Origin: an uncultured Candidatus Saccharibacteria bacterium | Lineage (GTDB): Bacteria; Patescibacteriota; Dojkabacteria; SC72; JAFGCJ01 | DNA: 45,862 nucleotides | Direction: 5' to 3' | Assembly (NCBI GenBank): GCA_964508755.1 | Contig: CAZDUZ010000003.1 | Span: 1-45,862, forward strand | In this document: positions 27,786 through 35,821 of the stretch, in pieces | How the letters are laid out: each line of letters opens with the position of its first letter | Position numbering within the stretch: position 1 is the stretch's first letter | Translations under genes and position numbers: made by a program | The notes under the pieces: generated by a model | What the model was told of the DNA's origin: nothing | Databases searched by the model: none | What the model saw: the letters and a program-made list of their open reading frames with translations, nothing else

Positions 27786-29121
27786 TTAACCTATCGAATT
27801 CCACGGCATATTCAAATGGCAGTTCGTTTGCAAATGGTTTTACAAATCCACCGATAACCAGTCCACGCGCAGATTCCTCGTTAAGACCTCTTGATTGAGC
27901 GTATAACAGTTTCTCTTCATTAATTTTTAACACAGAAGATTCATGATTTACCTCCGATGAACTATTGTGAACTCGATATCGCGGATACGTCTCAGAGATA
28001 CTGTTATCATCAAGGTGAAGTGCAACACACGACACACTGCTTTTACAATTTTCTGCTGCGTCTGCGACATAGACTTCACTTCGAAAGCTTGATCTACCAT
28101 CTTTTTTCACTACTGACTTCGATTCAATACGCGCCTCTGTTTCTGAAGCAAGGTGAATTGCCTTACCTCCTGAATCAATTACTTGTCCATCAGAGGTAAA
28201 CGCCAAAGACAATAGCTGTCCTCGCGCTTTTGGACCGGCAAGGACCATTGAAGGATATTTCATTGTAACTCCACTCCCCACATTGCCATCCACCCATTCC
28301 ACGGTCCCTTCGGCTTCAACACGGGAGCTTTTGGTTACCAGGTTCATGACATTTTTACTCCAGTTTTGCATGGTCGAATATTTAACCCTTGCTCCTTTTT
28401 TCACAATAATTTCGACAACACCCGCGTGAAGCGAGACTTCCGAATACAACGGAGCCACACACCCTTCAATAAACTCAAGGGAACTACCTTCATCAGCAAT
28501 AATAAGTGTCCGTTCAAATTGACCTTGCGATGGAGTACCCATCTGAAAAAAGTTGTGTAATGGAGCCTCTAATAATACTCCCGGGGGTATGTATACGAAG
28601 CTTCCCCCACTCCATACAGCTGAGTTGAGAGCACTAAATTTATTATTTCCTACCGCTACTACGGTTCCAAAATGTTCACGCACAAGGTCCGGATAGTCAC
28701 GAACAGCACGGCTCATATCATCAAACACAATTCCATGTTCTATAAGATCAGCACGCATCGAGTGATAGATCATCTCACTCTCATACTGGGCTCCCAGACC
28801 AGCAAGAAATTGTCGCTCCCCCTCAGGAAGTCCGAGTGCATCATATTTTTTTCTAATTTCCTCGGGAACATCCGTCCAGGTTCGGGACAATGAAGTACCT
28901 GGCCTCACATAGTAATGTAACGCATCAAAGTTTATTGCAGAAAGCTTATCCACCGGACCCCATTTCGGCATTTTCATGAATTGAAACTGCTCATAAGCAG
29001 CGAGACGTTTTTCTCTCATCCACTCCGGCTCACCCTTACTATGAGAGATCTCCTCAACCGTTTTTTTTGATATACCTGTCGCAAGATCTTTATTCATATC
29101 CGTGCTTTTGTACCCGTTCAA
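27754..29121 (-). CDS. sufB: Fe-S cluster assembly protein SufB
   Basis: 455 aa. Typical SufB blocks (EPEWMREKRLAAYEQF, GGSFVYIPPGV, ADEGSSLEFIEGC, YSTMQNWS, ALHLDDNS, LLYAQSRGL). Confidence 0.95.
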   Translation of the reverse strand: MNGYKSTDMNKDLATGISKKTVEEISHSKGEPEWMREKRLAAYEQFQFMKMPKWGPVDKLSAINFDALHYYVRPGTSLSRTWTDVPEEIRKKYDALGLPEGERQFLAGLGAQYESEMIYHSMRADLIEHGIVFDDMSRAVRDYPDLVREHFGTVVAVGNNKFSALNSAVWSGGSFVYIPPGVLLEAPLHNFFQMGTPSQGQFERTLIIADEGSSLEFIEGCVAPLYSEVSLHAGVVEIIVKKGARVKYSTMQNWSKNVMNLVTKSSRVEAEGTVEWVDGNVGSGVTMKYPSMVLAGPKARGQLLSLAFTSDGQVIDSGGKAIHLASETEARIESKSVVKKDGRSSFRSEVYVADAAENCKSSVSCVALHLDDNSISETYPRYRVHNSSSEVNHESSVLKINEEKLLYAQSRGLNEESARGLVIGGFVKPFANELPFEYAVEFDRLIEMEIKDGIG

Positions 29122-29878
29122 TCAATTCATCTCCGCCATATTCTGCGATCGTTCCTTCTCTCATTATGCATACAGAGTCAAAATGAATGTCACCAAGTCT
29201 TCGAGCGTCATGCGAAATGATAAAAATTCCGGGGGCATTGTTTAAAAGTTTGAGAGAACGCGAGATCATTTTGACAGAATCAGCATCAAGGCCAGAATCC
29301 GGTTCATCCAAAATTATGTGTGAAGGTTGCAATACAATCATTTGCAATAATTCAAGTTTTTTCCGCTCACCTCCTGAAAACCCTTCATTGACACCACGAG
29401 ACAGCATTGATTCATTTATTCCGAGATCATCGGCAGCATTTTCTATTATTCCCCTCATTTCATCGACATCTAAATCCTTTCCCTCCTCTGGATAAAGAGC
29501 TTTGTATGAAGCGAAAAGAAACTCATAGCTGCTGACCCCGGGAAGTTCAACAGGATGCTGAAAAGACACAAAAATTCCTCTTCGGGAACGTTCATGAGGA
29601 GATAACTGGAGAAGGTCGATATTTTCCGAAGCAACTTCGCCAGAATTTGAATAAGTCCTCTCGAGCATCAGTTCACCGTCCACAACCTGATACTGAGAAT
29701 CACCCACAATTACCCGCACTAGCGATGTCTTTCCAGACCCATTGGGTCCCATCATGAGCGTGCACGTTGCTGGCCGTATCTCTAGGTTAATGTTCCGTAA
29801 TAATTCCAGATCCCCCCTCTTGGCTGAGAGATGTTTCAACGTTAGCATTTTTTGATTCTGCAATAGTAAATTTAGCAA
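29090..29878 (-). CDS. sufC: Fe-S cluster assembly ATPase SufC
   Basis: Walker A GPNGSGKTS, signature FSGGERKK, Walker B IILDEPDSGLD, H-loop IISH. The likely true start is ATG 29848 (MLTLKHLSA). Confidence 0.93.
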   Translation of the reverse strand: MLNLLLQNQKMLTLKHLSAKRGDLELLRNINLEIRPATCTLMMGPNGSGKTSLVRVIVGDSQYQVVDGELMLERTYSNSGEVASENIDLLQLSPHERSRRGIFVSFQHPVELPGVSSYEFLFASYKALYPEEGKDLDVDEMRGIIENAADDLGINESMLSRGVNEGFSGGERKKLELLQMIVLQPSHIILDEPDSGLDADSVKMISRSLKLLNNAPGIFIISHDARRLGDIHFDSVCIMREGTIAEYGGDELIERVQKHGYE

Positions 29879-30734
29879 GAACAGGAAAGTGATCTGACCA
29901 ATTAAGATCTAGCCGTTCGCAACGTTCTAGCCCCAACCCCTTTCCTCCATACCATACATAGTCTTCTTTCTGCCGGAATGATTTGTCAATCAAACCGAGA
30001 AAGGTTTCAATTATACCAAAACGGATTACTCCTTTTTGTTCGTAGTTTTCTGCCTCGATATTATCGAAATTATGGGTCCACCAAATGTTTTCAGACGCTT
30101 CTTTGATATTTTTTGAAAGGAGCCACCGACGAAGAGCACTGAATCGGCGGTACATTCGCAGAATAAGGTATGGCATCCATGAATTGAAGTCGCCCGCAAT
30201 GATTTGCATTGTATCAGGGTTTGCATGATGCTTTCCCCACAATTTAAACATATGATCAAGTTGAAGAATTCGCCTCACATCGCCTCCCCAAAAATCGAGA
30301 TGAACGTTATAAATAATTAGTTTTCTTCCTTCAATGGTAAAGAGCTCTGACATTATAACTTTGCGGATAGGAGGAAAATAGCGGTCTGCCCATTCCTCAG
30401 TCCTACTTCTCGCTGAGCGCGGCGCAAAATGCTTGTTAAATGGAAGACCTCGAGCAATCAACTTAGAGGTGCGATATAGGATTGCTGTTCCCATTGAAAA
30501 TTTCGAAGTTTGTACAGGCAGGTACACAATGCTCTTAAATTCTCCGTGCAATAAACTACCTAGCTGACTTACGATATCCTGGTTTTTTGCCGTAATATCA
30601 TTAAAATGCCTGGTAACCTCTTGCAAACAAAGAATATCAATATTTTTATCCCGAACAGTATCAGCTAGATTTTTTGTTGCTTCTTCTGTCCAGAAGTCAC
30701 CTCGAATATTGTAGGTCAGAACGGTTAGCTCCAC
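29787..30734 (-). CDS. endonuclease/exonuclease/phosphatase (EEP) family protein
   Basis: 315 aa. VLTYNIRG, DILCLQEV, AGDFNSW, WSDHFPVLAKF. Its 3' tail overlaps the sufC start region. Confidence 0.85.
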   Translation of the reverse strand: MELTVLTYNIRGDFWTEEATKNLADTVRDKNIDILCLQEVTRHFNDITAKNQDIVSQLGSLLHGEFKSIVYLPVQTSKFSMGTAILYRTSKLIARGLPFNKHFAPRSARSRTEEWADRYFPPIRKVIMSELFTIEGRKLIIYNVHLDFWGGDVRRILQLDHMFKLWGKHHANPDTMQIIAGDFNSWMPYLILRMYRRFSALRRWLLSKNIKEASENIWWTHNFDNIEAENYEQKGVIRFGIIETFLGLIDKSFRQKEDYVWYGGKGLGLERCERLDLNWSDHFPVLAKFTIAESKNANVETSLSQEGGSGIITEH

Positions 30735-30771
30735 AGAAACAGTGTATCATAAGGTTTGAGGAGCATACACA

Positions 30772-31695
30772 TTAGACACCGTAAGCAAGGATTGGACCTT
30801 TACGGGGAGGCTCTTTAGAAAAGGGTAATTCTGGCTGTTCAGGCTCACGCACATATGCACCTAGCGGTGTTCCAGCTAACATATCGTCCTGATATGCTTC
30901 AGTTAAGTAAACAAGAAATCCTCGTAGAGCTTCATCGTTCATTCCATGTTGGATAGCAAACGATGCAACTTTAATACACAGGGGCCAATCACCATATAGT
31001 GAGTCGAAATAATAAAGACCTTCGGCTAATACAGTTTTAATGATCTCATATCTTCTAGCAAGAGAAACAGGATTTTCATCCTCAATGTGAGACTGATTTC
31101 TATCCTGCAACATATTCCAGATTTGCGGATATGGAACATCATATGCGAGTGATGTCACAATCATTTCTTGAGGAATATGTAAAAGTTTGGCGAGTTCTGA
31201 GCAACTACATTGAGAAGCTTTCACATATTCCAGCAGTAAACGTCGGTAAATATAGTCACCATCTATACGCTCAGTATCCCTAGGATCGGGAATACCATAC
31301 TCAAGAAGAGCATCATAGATTACAGAGGCCACATCTGGTTCACCAGAACACACCACCTCCCTTACCACAACACTCCCAATACAATCTTCTCGATCACACC
31401 CTTGATTCCACTGACGAATTGCTTGAACAATTGCTCGGTTTGCTAACACTATATAGGAAGCGCCGGAACGTTCAACAGTTTCATTATCTTGTGCAACAAC
31501 CCAGATAACAGGTGAAGTATTACCTGAATCGTGAACGAGTGCTTGCACTATTTGATATACTTCACGATCAGGAAGAGGTTCTTCATTATCACCGATATCA
31601 AGATTGGAAAGAGATACTTCGTGTTGTTGGTCTCCTTCGCATAATTTTGGAATTTTTTCTTGTCCTACAGTAACCGTGGGTAAAGTTCTTTGCAC
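30772..31695 (-). CDS. hypothetical protein
   Basis: 307 aa, GTG start, no TM segment. Only a weak resemblance of SPVIWVV...SYIVLANRAIVQAIRQ to a ParB/Srx-fold N-terminal domain, not enough for a call. Confidence 0.45.
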   Translation of the reverse strand: MQRTLPTVTVGQEKIPKLCEGDQQHEVSLSNLDIGDNEEPLPDREVYQIVQALVHDSGNTSPVIWVVAQDNETVERSGASYIVLANRAIVQAIRQWNQGCDREDCIGSVVVREVVCSGEPDVASVIYDALLEYGIPDPRDTERIDGDYIYRRLLLEYVKASQCSCSELAKLLHIPQEMIVTSLAYDVPYPQIWNMLQDRNQSHIEDENPVSLARRYEIIKTVLAEGLYYFDSLYGDWPLCIKVASFAIQHGMNDEALRGFLVYLTEAYQDDMLAGTPLGAYVREPEQPELPFSKEPPRKGPILAYGV

Positions 31696-31769
31696 AAAGG
31701 TGAAAAAATATCTTATCTAGCGGGGCGTTTTAGAATTGTATCATAGCAATAAAGGTTTTCCAGAAATTA

Positions 31770-31806
31770 AAAGTGCTCTGAATTAAGTATGAACTCAGAG
31801 CACTTT
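31770..31806 (-). terminator. hairpin terminator candidate downstream of hsp20
   Basis: 12-bp perfect stem AAAGTGCTCTGA / TCAGAGCACTTT with a 13-nt loop. On the minus strand it is followed by the T-rich TAATTTCT. Starts 41 nt after the hsp20 stop. Confidence 0.5.
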
Positions 31807-31846
31807 CTTTCACAGGTCGTTATTCTATTTTTGCTTACCTGAAGCT

Positions 31847-32260
31847 CTACCCGACGTTAACACTGATCTTTTTAGGTTTAGCCTCTTCACTTTTGGGCAG
31901 AGTGACCGTCAATATTCCATCTTTAAAGGTAGCCTGAGCTTTATCAGCAGTAACATCCACCGGAAGGGTGCACGAGCGGGTAAACGAACGCTGGCTAATC
32001 TCTTTTCGATAGTACTTCCGGCTCTTTTCTTTCTCTTCAATGACATTTTGAGACTTGCCAACAACAGTTACTTTTCCAGATTCCACCGACACATCTATGT
32101 CTTCTTTTGTGAAACCAGGCGCAACAATTTTTACCACGACATTATCCCCTTCCTCATAGACATCCATACCCATATCGTTTCCACTCATCATATCCTCTTC
32201 ATCCCAATCCACCCATCGAGGCATTACATTCCACGGACTCCACACAGAAATATTTCTCAT
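31847..32260 (-). CDS. Hsp20/alpha-crystallin family small heat shock protein
   Basis: 137 aa. DVYEEGDNVVVKIVAPGFTKEDIDVSVESGKVTVVGK ... FTRSCTLPVDV...ATFKDGILTVTLPK. Confidence 0.9.
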   Translation of the reverse strand: MRNISVWSPWNVMPRWVDWDEEDMMSGNDMGMDVYEEGDNVVVKIVAPGFTKEDIDVSVESGKVTVVGKSQNVIEEKEKSRKYYRKEISQRSFTRSCTLPVDVTADKAQATFKDGILTVTLPKSEEAKPKKISVNVG

Positions 32261-32353
32261 AGTTGATAAACGTTGAAAAATTATTTAATTCCGGCAATCT
32301 TTACGGATGACTGTAGAAAGAATTGGCAGTCCAGTCTCCCGATTGCTAATTCA

Positions 32354-32381
32354 AGTATAGCATACGTTAAATAGTTGTCAA
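32354..32381 (-). promoter_or_regulatory. sigma70-type promoter of hsp20
   Basis: The minus strand reads TTGACA (32376..32381)-N16-TATACT (32354..32359), about 95 nt upstream of the hsp20 ATG. No CIRCE in the leader. Confidence 0.6.
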
Positions 32382-32440
32382 CAGTAGGAAAAGTAACACT
32401 TGTATCGTGACAGTGTATTCTCTAGGTTATGGCAGGATCC

Positions 32441-32884
32441 TTAATTACTCTTTGCTCGAACACGGGACAAAGCCTCACTCAACCTCCTTTGTCGGGCAAT
32501 ATCTGCTTCAAGTTCAGGGAGTTTTTTCCCAGAACGAATAGCTTTTTCCCGTTCTTGTGCACCGAAATCACCAGCCATTTGCATCATTTTTTCAGTTTCT
32601 TCAAGCGAACCCAGAATTGCACGAAAAGCATCCATCCATTCTCTCCTTTCCTCAGGATCATCACCAATATCTATACCGAGAAGATGTAACCCTAATCTTC
32701 TATCACCTATATCGCCCATACTTCTTGCAGCTTCCACCTGCACTTCAAAAGGTACAGAAACGGGAGGCACCTCTCTATCTTCTTGTTTCTTTCCATCTTC
32801 AAAGACAGATAGATCAACAACATCTTCTCCTGAGGCTTCAGGATTAAGGCTATTTATCTCGTGTGCCGAAGAAATATCAGACAT
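32441..32884 (-). CDS. hypothetical acidic protein
   Basis: 147 aa, clean ATG-initiated ORF, no family recognised. Confidence 0.45.
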   Translation of the reverse strand: MSDISSAHEINSLNPEASGEDVVDLSVFEDGKKQEDREVPPVSVPFEVQVEAARSMGDIGDRRLGLHLLGIDIGDDPEERREWMDAFRAILGSLEETEKMMQMAGDFGAQEREKAIRSGKKLPELEADIARQRRLSEALSRVRAKSN

Positions 32885-32968
32885 TGCATTACACCAACAA
32901 TTAAATTAAGCATAGATACAAGGTAACATCCTTTTAAAAGGCTTTCAATCCTGAGCTATAATGCAATA

Positions 32969-33463
32969 ATGAAAGAAATGAGCACTAAAAACAAATTACG
33001 AACGAATCGTTGGCTTGAAGAGAGAATGTATTTCTTGTGGGAAGAATACTTTTCAGATGTACCACGGAAAAATGTCGTTCTCATAAAATTTGGACGAGGA
33101 TCTTCATCGCAGTTGGGATCAATTAAATGGGCTGACAGTAGAACAAGAATCAAGACAATGATGAAGAAAAAATCAGTACAAGCATACGCTGAAGCTCAAG
33201 ATGATAAGCGGGTAACGGTAATTACAATAACAAAGAAATATAAGGACCCCACCGTTCCCGAGTATGTAGTAGACAGCACGATCGCTCACGAAATGGCTCA
33301 CTACACTCACGGTTTCAGCTCTCCCCTGCAACAAAAATATCGCCATCCCCACAAAGGCGGTGTTATTAGAAAAGAGTTGGATGCAAGAGGGTTGGGAAAT
33401 GTTCACCGCTTGGCAAGAAAATGGCTCAAGGATAATTGGCTTGCCATCTCAAGGAAGAAATAA
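32969..33463 (+). CDS. DUF45/YgjP-like (SprT-like) HExxH metal-dependent hydrolase
   Basis: 164 aa. KFGRGSSSQLGSIKW (family has rWGSCs..g.I), EYVVDSTIAHEMAHYTHG (family has YVvvHELaHl.h) and RLARKWLKDNW (family has WLk.n) follow the DUF45 block order. Confidence 0.55.
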   Translation: MKEMSTKNKLRTNRWLEERMYFLWEEYFSDVPRKNVVLIKFGRGSSSQLGSIKWADSRTRIKTMMKKKSVQAYAEAQDDKRVTVITITKKYKDPTVPEYVVDSTIAHEMAHYTHGFSSPLQQKYRHPHKGGVIRKELDARGLGNVHRLARKWLKDNWLAISRKK

Positions 33464-33506
33464 TGCTTAATCAAGGGTAAAAGAGGGTGCTTCAGGTTTC
33501 ACTTAA

Positions 33507-33535
33507 GGGGTCAGTCCCCGCCGGGGACTGACCCC
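33507..33535. repeat. GC-rich perfect palindrome (13-nt arms)
   Basis: GGGGTCAGTCCCC-GCC-GGGGACTGACCCC, 44 nt after the stop of the DUF45-like gene. Further flanked by AAGAGGG...CCCTCTT. Confidence 0.85.
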
Positions 33536-33652
33536 CTCTTCAATTACAAGAATACATTTACAAGTCCGTCTTATTTCAAGAATATTAAGTTTCTATTAAA
33601 ACGTAGAGGTTTGCAAAAATCGCTTATTCATAATGTAACTCTTGTATACCTA

Positions 33653-33681
33653 CGGGACTGTCCCATCCGGGGACAGTCCCG
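33653..33681. repeat. GC-rich perfect palindrome (12-nt arms), candidate operator
   Basis: CGGGACTGTCCC-ATCCG-GGGACAGTCCCG, 64 nt upstream of the XRE regulator start. Followed by TTAAAAAAA, so it is not a + strand intrinsic terminator. Confidence 0.8.
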
Positions 33682-33744
33682 TTAAAAAAACGAAACCTTC
33701 TTCTATATACCTTCCCTCCTCCGCCCTCATACTATTCGATATAT

Positions 33745-34299
33745 ATGAACCAAGAGATCATGGGGCGCAATATCAAGTATTACCGACAATCTATCGGTCT
33801 TACTCAAAAAGAACTGGCGGATATTATCGGAACTACATGGGAAATGGTTTCACGGTATGAAACAGGAAAGAGCTCACCTTACAGGCGAATAGAACAACTT
33901 GCAGATGCGCTTCATGTTCCGATAGAAAGAATTATTAACGACAACACTCTCACGGAATCGAGTACTCCCTATCGATTTAACAGTATACCTTTCATTAACA
34001 AGCCATTCATCGACTTAGTAAGAGCAATTACCGAGACGAAAGAATTTTATACAGCACCGGATTGGATTGCGCATTTCCCAGGAAAACCTTTTGCAATTAA
34101 TGTGGAGCTACTCGACCTAGAAACGAGTCATCTCGCTTCAAAAGGAGTCGTCTACGCCATTAGGGATAAGCCTTCTTCATTTGCCGATATTATCATTTAT
34201 CCCAAGGGTAATAGAGTTGCAGCTGTGCAATATGGATCAGCAGGAAGTATCCATAAAGTGCTTGCCACAGTGCTCGCGTTCGAGAAGAGGTTCCGTTAA
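33745..34299 (+). CDS. XRE-family helix-turn-helix transcriptional regulator with uncharacterised C-terminal domain
   Basis: 184 aa. N-terminal HTH_3 pattern IKYYRQSIGLTQKELADIIGTTWEMVSRYETGKSSP. The ~110-aa C-terminal domain lacks the S24 Ser/Lys motifs. Confidence 0.8.
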   Translation: MNQEIMGRNIKYYRQSIGLTQKELADIIGTTWEMVSRYETGKSSPYRRIEQLADALHVPIERIINDNTLTESSTPYRFNSIPFINKPFIDLVRAITETKEFYTAPDWIAHFPGKPFAINVELLDLETSHLASKGVVYAIRDKPSSFADIIIYPKGNRVAAVQYGSAGSIHKVLATVLAFEKRFR

Positions 34300-34334
34300 A
34301 AAAACCTCCCTAGTCCTAATTCAAAAGCAAGTAA

Positions 34335-35381
34335 TCAAACTTTGTCACCATTAGCATGTCCAACAAGACATTGTTCAAGTTTTTTCCGTACCATTTCTTC
34401 ATAGATTCCTATATGTCTACCAATAAATATGAGACCAGATTTACGGCAGGACGCTTCCCTTGAAATCCCAATATCAAGTCTTCCGCATACCCAATTTATG
34501 AGCCACCATTTTGAATCGTCGAAGAGTATAAACCCTTTAACCCGATAATATTCATCCGACAAATTACTGAGAATTTTCACAAGACAAGATTTATTTGCAT
34601 CACGAGGCATTTCAACAAAAAATGTTTCGATAGAATCGCTGTCTAAATGTCCTGCCGTCTGAGATATGGAAGTTCTACCTGAGGAATCATCTACTCCTGA
34701 CGCCTCATCAACTCTTGAAGCGTTATCGAATTTTTTTATTGAGTCAAAACTTCCCCACTCTTTTTGTATTCCACCAAACACAACTTCTAAAGGTATGCTA
34801 CCGTCGACCGTCCGAAATACGGGAATTCCTGGACGAAGGGCATAGACATCATCAAGTACTTTCTCGATGGTATTTTCATCTACAGTTCCTACCTTATTTA
34901 GCACGATTAAATCAGTAAATTTGTGTTGAAGGCGAGCAATAATCGATTTGTCTCTATATCCAAGAAAATGTTCGGCATCAATAACGGTGACGATAAGATC
35001 CCTGTTTACGCAGGGTATTCGGTCAATATTAACGGCAAGAATTGCAGGGTTTGCTGCTCCTGACGTTTCAAGAATGATTCGATCAGGATGTACCACAGAT
35101 ACAAGTTCAGTCAGTGACTCTTCTAATTCACCAATTAAAGTACAGCATACGCACCCATTCAACAGATCTTTCACCGTTATGTATTGTCCTTGATAAACAT
35201 CACTATCGACTGAAACTGAACCAATCTCATTTTTTACTATGGCAAGCCGCTCCCTGCCATTATTTTCGTGAAGAAGGTGGTTAATAAGGGTTGTTTTACC
35301 ACTTCCTAGGAAACCAGTTACGATTGTGAGCGGAACCACGGTTGCTGATTTTTCTTCCTTACGTGGGTGTAGAGAGAGCAT
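34335..35381 (-). CDS. COG0523 family G3E GTPase (CobW/ZigA/YeiR-like metallochaperone)
   Basis: 348 aa. P-loop GFLGSGKTTL, metal-binding GCVCCTL, ETSGAANP, LNKVG, CobW_C-like C-terminus. The linker is Ser/Asp-rich rather than His-rich. Confidence 0.88.
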   Translation of the reverse strand: MLSLHPRKEEKSATVVPLTIVTGFLGSGKTTLINHLLHENNGRERLAIVKNEIGSVSVDSDVYQGQYITVKDLLNGCVCCTLIGELEESLTELVSVVHPDRIILETSGAANPAILAVNIDRIPCVNRDLIVTVIDAEHFLGYRDKSIIARLQHKFTDLIVLNKVGTVDENTIEKVLDDVYALRPGIPVFRTVDGSIPLEVVFGGIQKEWGSFDSIKKFDNASRVDEASGVDDSSGRTSISQTAGHLDSDSIETFFVEMPRDANKSCLVKILSNLSDEYYRVKGFILFDDSKWWLINWVCGRLDIGISREASCRKSGLIFIGRHIGIYEEMVRKKLEQCLVGHANGDKV

Positions 35382-35397
35382 GGTAATTAAAATGTTA

Positions 35398-35766
35398 CTA
35401 TTCTTTCAGAAGTTTAAGTCCAACATTATGTTCTCTTAAATTTTTGAGTATTTCCTCATTGTCATCTCCTGCAATTCGATTCTTAGAAATGGTAAAACAG
35501 CCTTGGCATTGATGGATAACTAACTCTTCCCCATTTTTTCGGTAAGTTACCCCAATTGGCTTCATCATACCTCCACACTTTGATTTACGATCTCCTCTGA
35601 CGATATCCACATGGCGTGAAAACAGGCAGTTTGGGCAATGATTACGGTTATGGGTTCCGGGAGCGTCATAGGTTACAAATTCTCCACATCGTTTACAGGA
35701 AAAACCAAGTTTTGGTGAAAAGTTCTTTACCATTGTATTGTTAATAATGTGAGTCGTATCGTCCAC
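35398..35766 (-). CDS. RNHCP domain-containing protein
   Basis: 122 aa. Literal RNHCPNC motif within a Cys-rich region (CKRCGE...HNRNHCPNCLFSRHVD...KCGG...HQCQGC). Confidence 0.75.
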   Translation of the reverse strand: MDDTTHIINNTMVKNFSPKLGFSCKRCGEFVTYDAPGTHNRNHCPNCLFSRHVDIVRGDRKSKCGGMMKPIGVTYRKNGEELVIHQCQGCFTISKNRIAGDDNEEILKNLREHNVGLKLLKE

Positions 35767-35821
35767 CCACTAGTTTCAGAGCATCTCACCTCTTCATACG
35801 CTCACAGAAAGCTCCGTACCA

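Noticed and set aside
31770-31806. Possible second CIRCE-like element (AGTGCTCTGA-N13-TCAGAGCACT) near hsp20
   Set aside because: The half-sites read GTGCTC/GAGCAC rather than GCACTC/GAGTGC, the spacer is 13 rather than 9 nt, and it lies downstream of hsp20. I interpret it as a terminator hairpin.
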